DNA from: an uncultured bacterium
GTDB taxonomy: Bacteria; Krumholzibacteriota; Krumholzibacteriia; Krumholzibacteriales; Krumholzibacteriaceae
Reading direction: 5' to 3'
Assembly: GCA_965371515.1 (NCBI GenBank)
Contig: CBDUYR010000005.1
Span: 9,312 to 73,311, forward strand
Length of the DNA stretch: 64,000 bases
In this document: piece by piece, positions 20,811-30,542 of the stretch
Layout: every line of letters starts with the position of its first letter
How positions within the stretch are numbered: position 1 is the first letter of the stretch
Translations under genes and position numbers: made by a program
Notes under the pieces: generated by a model
Seen by the model: only the letters and a program-made list of their open reading frames with translations
Database searches by the model: none
What the model was told of the DNA's origin: nothing

Positions 20811-23369
20811 TCAGGACTTACGGCCTCGCTCTCCCTTGCGCAGAAGCGTTCTGCGCAGTTTGTTCTCGAGCTCGGTCGGCAACGGTTTGCCCTCGGGCCT
20901 CTCGGCGTACCCGCCGCCGTCGTCCTCGAGCGGAGCCGGCTCGTACACCTCGAGCTCGAGGAGCAGGTGCAGGATGACGAGCGCTGCCTCCTTGTCGGGA
21001 ATCATCCCCCGCCCGCCCGTGTCAGGATCAAGCTGGGTGAACGGCGGTATGGGTGAACCGACGCATGAGGGGCACCCCCTTCTGCACTCGCAGGACTGTA
21101 TCAGCTCGAGCGACGCCTGCATGATCTCTTCGATTATGTCGTAGCACTTCAGCGCGAAACCGAGCCCGCCGGGGTACTTGTCATATATATAGAGAGCCGG
21201 TCCGCCGGTCGAACGCGAGTTCACCGTCGTTCCGATGTCGAGCGGGTCGGACATCACAAAGAGCGGCACGACCTCCCTGAGGATATTGGAGAGACCGAGC
21301 AATCCCTCGGCCGGCACCCTCCCCCACTTGCGTACTGCCGCGAGCGCATCGCCGGGGGGCTCTATCCACATGCCGGCGGTCTCGAGGACCTGCGGCGGCA
21401 GGTCGCATTTGCCGTAGCCGATCGAGTCGCGGCTGCCGAACTTTATCTTTTTGAACATGAAGGTCAGGTCGGTCACGGAGACATCACCGAAGGCGATCGG
21501 GCTTATCCTCCACAGGCCGCTCTTCTCTTCGCGGTCGACCTTGACCTGGGTCTCGGTGATCGACTGGGTGTAGTAATCGACGTTCGTCTTTTCTATGAAC
21601 GCGATTTTTTTCTCCGTATCGAGGTCGCGGACGAAATACGTCTCCGCCTCGTGGAGGTATATCGCCTGTTGATGTACCTGCTGGAAGGCGCTCGCCTCGT
21701 CGATCGTGCCGATGACCCTGTTTCCGTCCGACTCGTCGACGATCGTATAGATGTTCGGCGAGATGTTGCGAAGATTTATATCGGCGCTCGGGTAGCCGTG
21801 TCCCCGCCAGAACCAGCTCCCCTTGACGAAATTGAGATCCCTTTCCTCCTCTAGGAGCTGTGCGATCGCCGGGGCGTACTCACCCATCTCTTCGACCTCC
21901 TTCGCCGCGAGCGGGAGTTCGAAGGCGGCGGCTCGCATCTGCCCGAGAAGGACGTGCGGATTCTCCGGGTCGATTATCGCGTTCTCGGGGGAGCGCCCGA
22001 AGAAATAGTCGGGGTTACGCGCGAGATACTGGTCGAGCGGGGTATTGTGCGGAATGAATATTATCAGCGAGTCCTCCATGCCTCGGCCCGCCCTGCCGGC
22101 CTGCTGCCACGTCGATGCTATGCTCCCCGGGTACCCGACTATGACAGAGGCGTGCAGCGCGCCGACATCGATGCCGAGCTCGAGAGCGTTGGTGCTGATC
22201 ACCGCCTTGAGCTCGCCCTCAAAGAGGCGCCGTTCTATCTCCCTTCGCTCCTCGGGGAGGTAGCCGCCGCGGTATGGATGCACCGAGTCGGCCATCGAGG
22301 CGCGGTGCTTCGAGAGCATGTCGCGCACGTATCTCGTGATCACCTCGCTGACGACGCGCGCCCTGACGAAAGCGATCGTCTGGACGCCGTCGAGGACGAG
22401 CCGCGTAACGAGCTCGGCCGCCTCGGCATTCGAGCTCCTTCGCTCCATCCCCGCCGCATCGAGATTGGGTGGGTTCCACATAAGGAACGTCTTCCTCCCC
22501 CTCGGCGAGCCGTCCTTCGTGACGACCTTCATCTCCCGTCCGAGCAGGCGTCCGGCATGCTCGCCGGGATTCGCGATAGTGGCGGAGCTTGCCGCAAATA
22601 CGGGCTTCGACCCATAGTGGTCGCAGATCCGCAAGAGTCGCCGCATCACGTTTGCAACGTGCGAGCCGAATGCGCCGCGGTAACTGTGTATCTCGTCGAC
22701 CACGACGAAACGGAGCCTCGCAATAAACGGCGCCCACCTGGCGTGATTGGGGAGTATGCCCGAGTGGAGCATGTCGGGATTGGTCAGCAGGACGTTCGCA
22801 CCGTCGCGGAGTTTACGGCGAAGCGGACCGGGCGTGTCGCCGTCATACGTACCCGCCTCGAATCTGATCCCGTCGCCCTCCCTGTAGCGCTTCAGCACTC
22901 TGAGCTGGTCCTGCGCGAGAGCCTTCGTCGGATAGAGATAGAGCGCCCTGCTCTCGGGATCATCGAGAAGGGATTCGAGGACGGGGATGTTGTAGCAGAG
23001 GGTCTTCCCGCTCGCCGTTGAGGTTACTATAACCGTATCGGTCCCGCCGCGAAGGGCCTCGACCGCCTCCACCTGGTGTGTGTAGAGATGCTCCACCCCC
23101 GAGCCGGCGAGAATGGCGGCGAGACTTGCCGGGAGCGGTTCACCGAGCTCGCCGAATCGGGCTTTGCGCAGCGGTATCTTGTGGCTGTGAACGATCTGAC
23201 CGTCGTACAGGTCGTCGACTGTCACCTTGCCGAGGAATCTTTTTACGTCCAAGGCGTTCCTTTCCTCTGCCCCGCCCATCACCGGTCCCTGCACACACGG
23301 TGAAGATTGCCGTGCGGTTGAATCAGGGGCCGGAAAAATCATAATACTTCTGCTCAGGGGTTGATGCAA
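20811..23369 (-). CDS. mrfA: DEXH-box helicase with C-terminal DUF1998 zinc-finger domain (MrfA/YprA-like DNA repair helicase)
   Basis: Motif I TASGKT, DExH as VVDEIHSYRG, QQAGRAGR motif VI, C-terminal Cys4 cluster SCECRRGCPSC; order and size match the B. subtilis YprA/MrfA family. Start codon uncertain (TTG at 23369 or ATG at 23342/23279). Confidence 0.8.
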   Translation of the reverse strand: MHQPLSRSIMIFPAPDSTARQSSPCVQGPVMGGAEERNALDVKRFLGKVTVDDLYDGQIVHSHKIPLRKARFGELGEPLPASLAAILAGSGVEHLYTHQVEAVEALRGGTDTVIVTSTASGKTLCYNIPVLESLLDDPESRALYLYPTKALAQDQLRVLKRYREGDGIRFEAGTYDGDTPGPLRRKLRDGANVLLTNPDMLHSGILPNHARWAPFIARLRFVVVDEIHSYRGAFGSHVANVMRRLLRICDHYGSKPVFAASSATIANPGEHAGRLLGREMKVVTKDGSPRGRKTFLMWNPPNLDAAGMERRSSNAEAAELVTRLVLDGVQTIAFVRARVVSEVITRYVRDMLSKHRASMADSVHPYRGGYLPEERREIERRLFEGELKAVISTNALELGIDVGALHASVIVGYPGSIASTWQQAGRAGRGMEDSLIIFIPHNTPLDQYLARNPDYFFGRSPENAIIDPENPHVLLGQMRAAAFELPLAAKEVEEMGEYAPAIAQLLEEERDLNFVKGSWFWRGHGYPSADINLRNISPNIYTIVDESDGNRVIGTIDEASAFQQVHQQAIYLHEAETYFVRDLDTEKKIAFIEKTNVDYYTQSITETQVKVDREEKSGLWRISPIAFGDVSVTDLTFMFKKIKFGSRDSIGYGKCDLPPQVLETAGMWIEPPGDALAAVRKWGRVPAEGLLGLSNILREVVPLFVMSDPLDIGTTVNSRSTGGPALYIYDKYPGGLGFALKCYDIIEEIMQASLELIQSCECRRGCPSCVGSPIPPFTQLDPDTGGRGMIPDKEAALVILHLLLELEVYEPAPLEDDGGGYAERPEGKPLPTELENKLRRTLLRKGERGRKS

Positions 23370-23431
23370 TAATTAGTAACAATGTTGCCGGCCACCGAGG
23401 CTGTTGCATGCGTGGAGCTGTTCCGGCCCTA

Positions 23432-24478
23432 TTAAATATTCGTCAAATATACAGTGATCAATTCGAGCATCGAGAGCAGGTCGAGACGGTTGTGATGGAT
23501 CACGGCGGCCATCTGCCGCGCGTCCTTCGTGCGGACGAACTCGTGATAGGCGCCGGGTATCTCGCTCCCGGGGATGTCGCCGGTCCTCTTCCTGCCGAGT
23601 ACGAACCGTTCGAGTGTCTGGAGCCTGTGGTTCGGGGTCCGTCCCTTCATCAGGGACCTCGATATCGGCAGCAGGTCGATGTGTGACCGGGGCATACTCA
23701 TCGGCAGACCATGAAACGTCATCCTGCTCGCGAGAAACGGGATGTCGAAGGTGTTCCCGTTGAAAGTGACCAGCACCTCGCGGGAATCGAGCATCGAGTA
23801 GACGAAAGACAGGACGGCACGTTCCTCGGTGTAGTCCCTCGCGAAGAGCTGGTCTACGATGAGATCTTCGCCCTCGCTGTACATCAGCCCCACGAGAAAG
23901 AGGGGGGTGTTGCGCAGGCCTGTCGTCTCGAGATCGAGATAGACGACTCCCGCCGGCGATGAGGTCAGTGCCTGCAGTGAGCGGCATCCGGCGGGTAGTT
24001 TCGCCGGTGACGAAGCGATGGCGTTGATGTACTCCTGGTGCGTTGCCGCCCCTCTTTCCCAGATCTCTCCGGCCGGTTTGCACACCCTGTAAAACCATCC
24101 CGCCGGTGTCTCGACAGGTTCGCCGGGGATGAGGTCCTCGATCCGGCCGGGGGTCGGCACCGTGAAGAGCTGCTCGTCGGTCACGGGGATATCGGCAAAA
24201 ACAGGCACCTCCGGCCTCGGCGCGCCTTCCCCCGCAGGCGGTCTCTCGCCGGCAGGCGGCGCCTCGGGAACAGGAGGAACCTGCGCCACAGGAGGCGTCC
24301 CGGTCTCTTTACGGCCCCCGAAAACCCCTCTGGCGCGCTTTTTGAGCCGTTCCAGCTCGTTTCTCAAATCGTGTCCGCTGTCTTCCGTCACAGTTATCGA
24401 GCCCTCTCTGTATGTCCTGTCATCCCCGGACATGATAAAGCCTGCCGCTGAAGCGTTCAAGCGGTCCGTATCTTGCAA
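23432..24478 (-). CDS. mrfB: RNase H-like (DnaQ-fold) predicted exonuclease, MrfB/YprB-like
   Basis: VVYLDLETTGL ... VTFNGNTFDIPFL ... HNRLDLLS: DEDDh-type exonuclease motifs as in COG3359/YprB; N-terminal Pro-rich linker; directly upstream of the mrfA-like helicase. Confidence 0.6.
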   Translation of the reverse strand: MQDTDRLNASAAGFIMSGDDRTYREGSITVTEDSGHDLRNELERLKKRARGVFGGRKETGTPPVAQVPPVPEAPPAGERPPAGEGAPRPEVPVFADIPVTDEQLFTVPTPGRIEDLIPGEPVETPAGWFYRVCKPAGEIWERGAATHQEYINAIASSPAKLPAGCRSLQALTSSPAGVVYLDLETTGLRNTPLFLVGLMYSEGEDLIVDQLFARDYTEERAVLSFVYSMLDSREVLVTFNGNTFDIPFLASRMTFHGLPMSMPRSHIDLLPISRSLMKGRTPNHRLQTLERFVLGRKRTGDIPGSEIPGAYHEFVRTKDARQMAAVIHHNRLDLLSMLELITVYLTNI

Positions 24479-24550
24479 TCTACCGGATAATATGTACTTT
24501 TACTTGACGACCCCCGGGGTATGTGGATATTTTACTCCGAACAGACGGAA

Positions 24551-25921
24551 ATGATGATGAACAGAGAAAAGAAAATAACGATATTCGTGATCATCGCGGC
24601 GATAATCTCCGCGGTCCTCATAACGTCTTTGAACAGGGAGGCGCCGAATGAGGAGCCGGAGATCTCCTCCGCGTCCATGCTCGCCGAGGCTGCATCCGGC
24701 CTATCGGAACCCGTGCCCCCATCTCCCCCCGAACCGGAGTACAGCGGTGAGATCAGGAAAAACTCGAGCTTCTTCGATATAATGACCGCCTGCGGCGCCA
24801 CGCCACAGCAGATCTACGACATCGCCGGCAAGGTCAAACCGGTATACAATCTCAGCAGGATCCGGCCGGGACAGAAATACGAAATATTCACCGGCGACGA
24901 CGGATCGATAGAGAAGATCCTTCTCTCCATCGACGAAACGGGCTACGTCGAGATAGCCTGCTCCCCCGAAGGTATCGAGGCCGAACGCAGGGAATACCCC
25001 TACGAAATCACGGTAAAGGAAGCCTCGGGGATAATCACCCAGTCGCTCTTCATGTCCTTCATGGACCAGGGCCTGCCGATCGAGCTCGGCGCGAAGCTCG
25101 TTGATATCTACGCATGGGACATAGATTTCTTCACCGAGATCAGGAAGAACGATTTTTTCCGAGTGATCTACGAGGAACGCAGGATGCTCGACGGCCCCGA
25201 CCACGAGGAAAAGACGGGGGTCGGTATTATAATCGCCGCCGAGTTCAACACGAGTGGTACCAGCCGCTACTGTTTCCTCTTCGATAACAAGACGGATTTC
25301 GCCGATTACTTCGACGACGAGGGCAAATCGCTGCGCAAGCAGCTCCTCAGGGCGCCCCTGTCGTACACCCGGATCAGCTCGGGATACAGCAAGAGGCGTT
25401 TCCATCCCGTGCTTCACACCTACGCCCCTCATCTCGGCATCGACTACGCCGCGCCTACAGGTACGCCTGTCCAGTCGACCGGCGACGGGACGGTGATGAC
25501 AGCCTCGAGGACGAGAGCCAACGGGAATTACGTCAAGATAAGGCACAACAACAGCTACATCAGCTACTATCTCCATCTGAGCCGCTTCGGCAAGGGAATA
25601 AAGCAGGGCACGAAGGTCAAGCAGGGTCAGACGATCGGCTACGTGGGAGCGACCGGCTACGCTACCGGGCCCCATCTCGATTACCGCGTCAAGAAGAACG
25701 GCAGGTTCGTCAATCCCCGCAGGCTGAAGCTACCTCCGGCAAAGCCCGTAAGCGATGAGAACATGGCCGTCTTCACGGCGAAGCGCGATTCGCTCATCGC
25801 CGTGCTGAGATCGGTGCCGGTCCGCGACCCTCACGGTGAATACTTCGCCGAGGGCGGCGGGCTCGCATCCGAGGCTCCCGGGAGGCCGGGCGGAAGCGGC
25901 GGATCCCCACTTCCCCACTGA
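24551..25921 (+). CDS. M23 family metallopeptidase (peptidoglycan DD-endopeptidase-like) with N-terminal membrane anchor
   Basis: HLGIDYAAPTGTPV, GNYVKIRHNNSYISYYLHL, GATGYATGPHLDYRV: M23/LytM signature. Confidence 0.75.
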   Translation: MMMNREKKITIFVIIAAIISAVLITSLNREAPNEEPEISSASMLAEAASGLSEPVPPSPPEPEYSGEIRKNSSFFDIMTACGATPQQIYDIAGKVKPVYNLSRIRPGQKYEIFTGDDGSIEKILLSIDETGYVEIACSPEGIEAERREYPYEITVKEASGIITQSLFMSFMDQGLPIELGAKLVDIYAWDIDFFTEIRKNDFFRVIYEERRMLDGPDHEEKTGVGIIIAAEFNTSGTSRYCFLFDNKTDFADYFDDEGKSLRKQLLRAPLSYTRISSGYSKRRFHPVLHTYAPHLGIDYAAPTGTPVQSTGDGTVMTASRTRANGNYVKIRHNNSYISYYLHLSRFGKGIKQGTKVKQGQTIGYVGATGYATGPHLDYRVKKNGRFVNPRRLKLPPAKPVSDENMAVFTAKRDSLIAVLRSVPVRDPHGEYFAEGGGLASEAPGRPGGSGGSPLPH

Positions 25922-25924
25922 GCG

Positions 25925-26503
25925 ATGGACTCCACCAGACGCATTCTCGTCCACACATGCTGCGCATCGTGCTCGAGTTATGTCCTCGAATACCTGCTGC
26001 AGGAATACGACGTCACCGCTTATTACTACAATCCGAACATACAGCCTGCGGCCGAATACCGGCTGAGACTCGACGAGATGAGAACGGTCTGCGGGCGCCT
26101 GGGAATCGCGCTGGTCGAAGGGCCGGGAAATTTCGAGGAGTGGGACGCGGCGATCGCCCCCTACGCCCACCTTCCCGAAAAGAGCGAGAGGTGCCGGGTC
26201 TGTTACCGACTGAGGCTCGAGGAAACGGCGAGAAAGGCTGCCGAAGCGGGAATCGGACTCTTCACGACGACCCTGTCGGTCAGCCCCCACAAGATCCACG
26301 CCTGGATCGTCGAGGAGGGCCGGGCTTCCGGAGAGAAGCACGGCGTCATCTTCCTCGAGGAGGACTTCAAGAAAAAGGGCGGATTCCAGGAGAGCTGCAG
26401 GAAGAGCCGCGAGTTCGGCCTCACGAGGCAGGATTACTGCGGGTGCCTGTTCAGTCTGGAGGAAGCGAAGCTGAGGCGGAAAGAGTCGGATTCAGCGCGT
26501 TGA
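25925..26503 (+). CDS. queH: Epoxyqueuosine reductase QueH (DUF208)
   Basis: HTCCASCS N-terminal motif, CRVCY, CGC: QueH Fe-S family pattern; 192 aa. Confidence 0.8.
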   Translation: MDSTRRILVHTCCASCSSYVLEYLLQEYDVTAYYYNPNIQPAAEYRLRLDEMRTVCGRLGIALVEGPGNFEEWDAAIAPYAHLPEKSERCRVCYRLRLEETARKAAEAGIGLFTTTLSVSPHKIHAWIVEEGRASGEKHGVIFLEEDFKKKGGFQESCRKSREFGLTRQDYCGCLFSLEEAKLRRKESDSAR

Positions 26504-26509
26504 TCGGGC

Positions 26510-27529
26510 TTAAACCCGGATCAGGATCTGCTTCCCGGCCTGCGGAAGCGCCTCTCCTATTACGGCGGCATACCCGGCGCCGGAATTCCTGATACTGTCT
26601 ACGAGACCCTGCGCCTTCTCTGCGGGCAGGGATATCAGCAGGCCGCCTGAGGTCTGCGGGTCGTGCAGGAGCATCATCTGTTCTCTCGTCAGGCTGCCCT
26701 CGACCTCCAGTGCAATGCTCGTGAACTGCACATTAGACATTCCGCCGCCGGTGAGAAGGCCCTGCGAGGCGAAATCGGCCGCATCGGGAAGAAGGGGAAC
26801 GGCCTCCATATCGATCGCGATCGTCACGTCTGACCCCGTGGCCATCTCGAGGGCGTGGCCGGCCAGCCCGAATCCGGTTACGTCCGTGCAGGCGTGAGCA
26901 CCCGCTGCGACCATCGCCCTGGCCGCCGGTGCATTGAGCGCGGTCATCTGATCGATAAAGAGTCTCTCCTGCTCCTCGTCGAGGACCCCCTTCTTCATCG
27001 CCGTCGAGTAGATGCCCGTACCGAGCGGTTTCGTCAGGATGATCGCGTCGCCAGGCCTGGCGCCCGCTGTGAGCACGACGTTGTCGGGATGGATCGTCCC
27101 CATGATCGAAAGGCCGTACTTCAACTCGGAATCCGTCATCGTATGGCCGCCGACGATGACAGCGCCCGCCTCGTTGACCTTGTCGGCGCCGCCCCGCATC
27201 AGGAGCTCGAGCGCCTCGATCTCGAGCTTTCCCTCGGGAAAGCCGATGATGTTGAGCGCCGATACCGGCTCCCCACCCATCGCGTAGACATCGCTCATCG
27301 CGTTCGCGGCGGCGACCTGCCCGAACATGTAAGGATCGTCCACTATTGCGGGGAAGAAATCGACTGTGAGGATGATCGCCCTGTCGTCGCTCACGCGCAC
27401 TACACCGCAGTCATCCGCCTGGCTCGTTCCGACGATCACGTCCGGATGGTCCTGGGGAGGGAGTTTATGTAAAACTGGCCACAACTCCGTCGGGCTGAGC
27501 TTGGAAGCTCAGCCCGAACACGAAGCCAT
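26510..27529 (-). CDS. selD: Selenide, water dikinase (selenophosphate synthetase), selenocysteine-containing form with in-frame TGA at 27509..27511
   Basis: ORF-track protein (26510..27484) is SelD lacking its N-terminal catalytic loop. Extending upstream in frame gives ATG(27529)-MASCSG-[TGA]-ASKLSPTELWPVL, which aligns with E. coli HGAGCGCKISPKVLETIL (Sec at the catalytic Cys17 position). Confidence 0.75.
27459..27515 (-). promoter_or_regulatory. SECIS-like mRNA hairpins at the selD UGA
   Basis: mRNA gggcugagcuu-cc-aagcucagccc is a perfect 11-bp stem containing the UGA; a second hairpin ggaguu...aacucc lies about 20 nt downstream. Confidence 0.4.
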
Positions 27530-27589
27530 GGCCGTCAAACGGTACTTCTTTGACATATTCCACCCTTTTCAGGTGACAGGCCAGGAAGA

Positions 27590-27763
27590 TCATTCTACCG
27601 GCGCGATTGCCTCCGTGGGGCATACTTCGACGCAGGCGCCACAGTCGGTGCAGGTGTCAGCATCGATCTTGTACTTATCGTCGCCCTCGCTGATCGCCTC
27701 TACCGGACACTCCGGCACGCAGGCGCCGCAGCTGATGCACTCGTCACTGATAACGTGAGCCAT
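27590..27763 (-). CDS. 2x[4Fe-4S] ferredoxin
   Basis: CISCGACVPECP and CTDCGACVEVCP; ATG at 27763 with SD ggagga. Confidence 0.7.
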   Translation of the reverse strand: MAHVISDECISCGACVPECPVEAISEGDDKYKIDADTCTDCGACVEVCPTEAIAPVE

Positions 27764-27840
27764 TTCTTCCTCCAATGAGGTGGTTCAATTCCTAAAAACC
27801 GTTTCTATTAAATATATAATTCCTCGAATCCGGTCAATAA

Positions 27841-30483
27841 TTATCGTCGCATCATCCCGGGCGGCATCGATTTTTTTTCAGGAGGTTCCCCTGAGGGCAG
27901 CAGGCGCACGAAGAGGGTTTTTCCCCAGATAAGGCGGCCGGCCATCTCCCGGACGGCTTCGAATGGAGCCGCCGCGATGAGCTCCATACCGTCTGTTCCG
28001 CCCCTGTAGAGGTGGTTCAGGCTTATCCCGAGCGCCTCGCCGGCGCATGAGAGCTCCCTTCTCGAGAGCCTCGACACGAGGCGGCTCTTCGCCGTGGCCG
28101 CCTCCGCCGCCGTCACAGGATCGGTTGAGATCCCTTCTATGTTCTCCCTCAGGGCCTTTTCAGCCTTGTCTGCGTTTTCTCCCCTGGTGCCCAGTCTCGC
28201 CGCAATTACTGCATATCCAGCAACCTGCGTCATCGAGCAACCGGTCGAATAGGCCAGCCCTCTCGTCTCCCTGATATCGAGCTGCATCCGCCTGCTGAGG
28301 ATCTCGCAGGAGACAGCCAGCGCTGCTATTTCCTCCGGGGAGAGACCGTCGACCCTCCAGGCAGCCGCCAGGTAGGCGCCGCTGCCTGGGGATTCGCCTT
28401 CGACCGTACCGGGCTCGTATTTGTCGGCACCCTTTTGGCAGGGTATCCTGTTCGAGACAGGGGCATCGCCGAAGATATCACGTAGAAGGTCCATCCCTTC
28501 GGCCTCCTCCGATGCAGTGACAAGCGTCACCACACCACCCTTGTACTGGAAGATATTGCGTCGCGTAACGAATATGTCGGCCGAATCGGGAGCCGCCCAC
28601 CTCCCGGGAGACCTGTAAAGGGCTTCTCCGAACCTGTGGCCCGGGAAGAGACCGCCGTATACGGTCTTTTTCAGCGTCGCGGATGAGTGCCCGGTCCGGA
28701 TCCCGACTTCTCTCGCTACAAAGGACGCAGCCTCGCCTATATCGGCCTGGGTCATTTCCATCTCTGAAAGGAAGCGCTGCAGCATCCCGGCCGCTTCCCT
28801 CATCCTCCCGGCAGGCGTTTCCAGCCTGATTAACGCCCAGGATGGATTTATCAGGTAATCGTCCATCGGTATGTACGGGTTGTCTCCCCACTGGATCCTC
28901 GCTCCCAGGGCTGCCAGGTCCTCTTCCAGCCTCTGTCCTCCCGCCGAGTTCTCGAGGATGATGAAAAGTGCCGAGACGGCGTCGCTCTCCATCTCTCCCG
29001 CGCACGCCCTCCCCGGCAGGGTCAGGCATAGCGCCTCGACCGGAGAGCCCTTCCGGTACCTTACGCCTGCGGCCAGCCCTCCTGGAAGGATCTCGAAGAC
29101 CGCCTCTCCCCGTTCGATCCTGACATCAGGCGCCCGGTCGATCGCCGAGAAGCCGTTGAATTCCGGCTCGCCGAGATATCCGCCGACGAGTTTCGCGATC
29201 TGTCCCTGCTTTACCTTTTCAACTGCCGATACCGCCTCGAACCAACCCGCCCCGGTGACCGCCATCGCCTCCCCGTTGAGCATCACGTAGAAATGGTACC
29301 TCTCCCTGTCGAACATATCCGAGGATGCAAACGACGTCTTCGCCCTTTCGAGCTCCTTTTCATCGGGCTGCCACTCCGCCAGGCCCTTGACCGCTTCGAG
29401 GAGGATGCCGGGATCGACAGGATCGCTGCCCTGTCCCTCGACGCTGACGCGCAGCGCGGCGAAATCCTCGTGCACTTCTATCCCGACGAACGGCTCCGGC
29501 ATGCCGGCCTGATCCGCCGCCGCCTTCAGCGGGGACGACGGCGCCCCGAGCATCTCGGCGAGCAGCAGCGCCGCGGGAAAGAGCTTCTCACCCGCTGCAG
29601 GCATACGGACAAGGAGATCGACCCTGCTCCCGGCGCCTTCCACGACGCGGGCCGTGATCTCCCCGCTCCATCTCGGCTCGAGCACCGGTTTTTCCGTACC
29701 CCTTCCCTTCCCGCCGTTTTTTGCGCTCCCGCCGCCCGTGCTGCAGGCAGCATTGAAATAATCGTCTATCCAGCCGAGCGTCCTGCTGCGCTCGAAATCT
29801 CCCGTCACGAATATCCTCATCCTGTCAGGCGTATAGCGGGACCTGTAGTATTCGATGATCCTGTCCCTCGACACGCTTTCGATCGTCGACTGATAGCCTA
29901 TGACCGGCTCGCTGAGGGACGAGCCCCTGTAGAGGTAAGAATCGGCCGCCCTCGAGACGGCTTCACGAGGATTGTCGAACCCCTGGCTCATCTCCTCGAG
30001 CACGATCTTCCGTTCCTTCTCGATCTCGGCCGGCGTAAACAGCGGGTGAAGGAGCATCTGGGACAGTATCTCTATCGATTCCTCGAGCAGGTCGGAGCGG
30101 GCGAGAAGAAAATATACCGTCACTTCCTTCCTCGTGAATGCGTTGAGAAACGCGCCGTTGTCATCGACCCAACCGCTTATCTCCTCGCGGGTGAACCTCT
30201 CCGAACCGTCGAACAGCAGATGCTCCAGGAAGTGCGTGACGCCGCGCGTATCGGGGGTCTCGTAGGCCGATCCAGCCCTTACGGCCACTGCTACGAGGAC
30301 AGAGCCCGAACCGGGGTAGCCTTCGAGTACGATCTCGAGTCCACCGGGGCGGATAACCGTCTCCGGAGAATTACCGGAATTACTCGAAGCCGAGCCGTAT
30401 GCGGCTGTCGCTGCAGCAATGACAATTAACAGGATAATTCCGGCGGTGCTGTATCGGACCGCCGTTTTCATCAGTCGGATCAT
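27841..30483 (-). CDS. Secreted insulinase-family (M16) zinc peptidase with two tandem M16 units
   Basis: HFLEHLLFDG inverted zincin motif (HxxEH); second pseudo-repeat later in the protein; signal peptide MIRLMKTAVRYSTAGIILLIVIAAATAAYG; ATG at 30483 with aggagg SD. Confidence 0.7.
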   Translation of the reverse strand: MIRLMKTAVRYSTAGIILLIVIAAATAAYGSASSNSGNSPETVIRPGGLEIVLEGYPGSGSVLVAVAVRAGSAYETPDTRGVTHFLEHLLFDGSERFTREEISGWVDDNGAFLNAFTRKEVTVYFLLARSDLLEESIEILSQMLLHPLFTPAEIEKERKIVLEEMSQGFDNPREAVSRAADSYLYRGSSLSEPVIGYQSTIESVSRDRIIEYYRSRYTPDRMRIFVTGDFERSRTLGWIDDYFNAACSTGGGSAKNGGKGRGTEKPVLEPRWSGEITARVVEGAGSRVDLLVRMPAAGEKLFPAALLLAEMLGAPSSPLKAAADQAGMPEPFVGIEVHEDFAALRVSVEGQGSDPVDPGILLEAVKGLAEWQPDEKELERAKTSFASSDMFDRERYHFYVMLNGEAMAVTGAGWFEAVSAVEKVKQGQIAKLVGGYLGEPEFNGFSAIDRAPDVRIERGEAVFEILPGGLAAGVRYRKGSPVEALCLTLPGRACAGEMESDAVSALFIILENSAGGQRLEEDLAALGARIQWGDNPYIPMDDYLINPSWALIRLETPAGRMREAAGMLQRFLSEMEMTQADIGEAASFVAREVGIRTGHSSATLKKTVYGGLFPGHRFGEALYRSPGRWAAPDSADIFVTRRNIFQYKGGVVTLVTASEEAEGMDLLRDIFGDAPVSNRIPCQKGADKYEPGTVEGESPGSGAYLAAAWRVDGLSPEEIAALAVSCEILSRRMQLDIRETRGLAYSTGCSMTQVAGYAVIAARLGTRGENADKAEKALRENIEGISTDPVTAAEAATAKSRLVSRLSRRELSCAGEALGISLNHLYRGGTDGMELIAAAPFEAVREMAGRLIWGKTLFVRLLPSGEPPEKKSMPPGMMRR

Positions 30484-30542
30484 CAGGCCATACCTCCTGG
30501 AGATCTGTGTGTGTTTCCTGGCAATCTTCGAAAACAATGATA

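Noticed and set aside
21954-23021. 355-aa plus-strand ORF antisense to the mrfA-like helicase
   Set aside because: Antisense shadow ORF; no motifs; Arg-rich.
29293-30429. 378-aa plus-strand ORF antisense to the M16 peptidase
   Set aside because: Antisense shadow ORF with Arg/Pro-rich composition.
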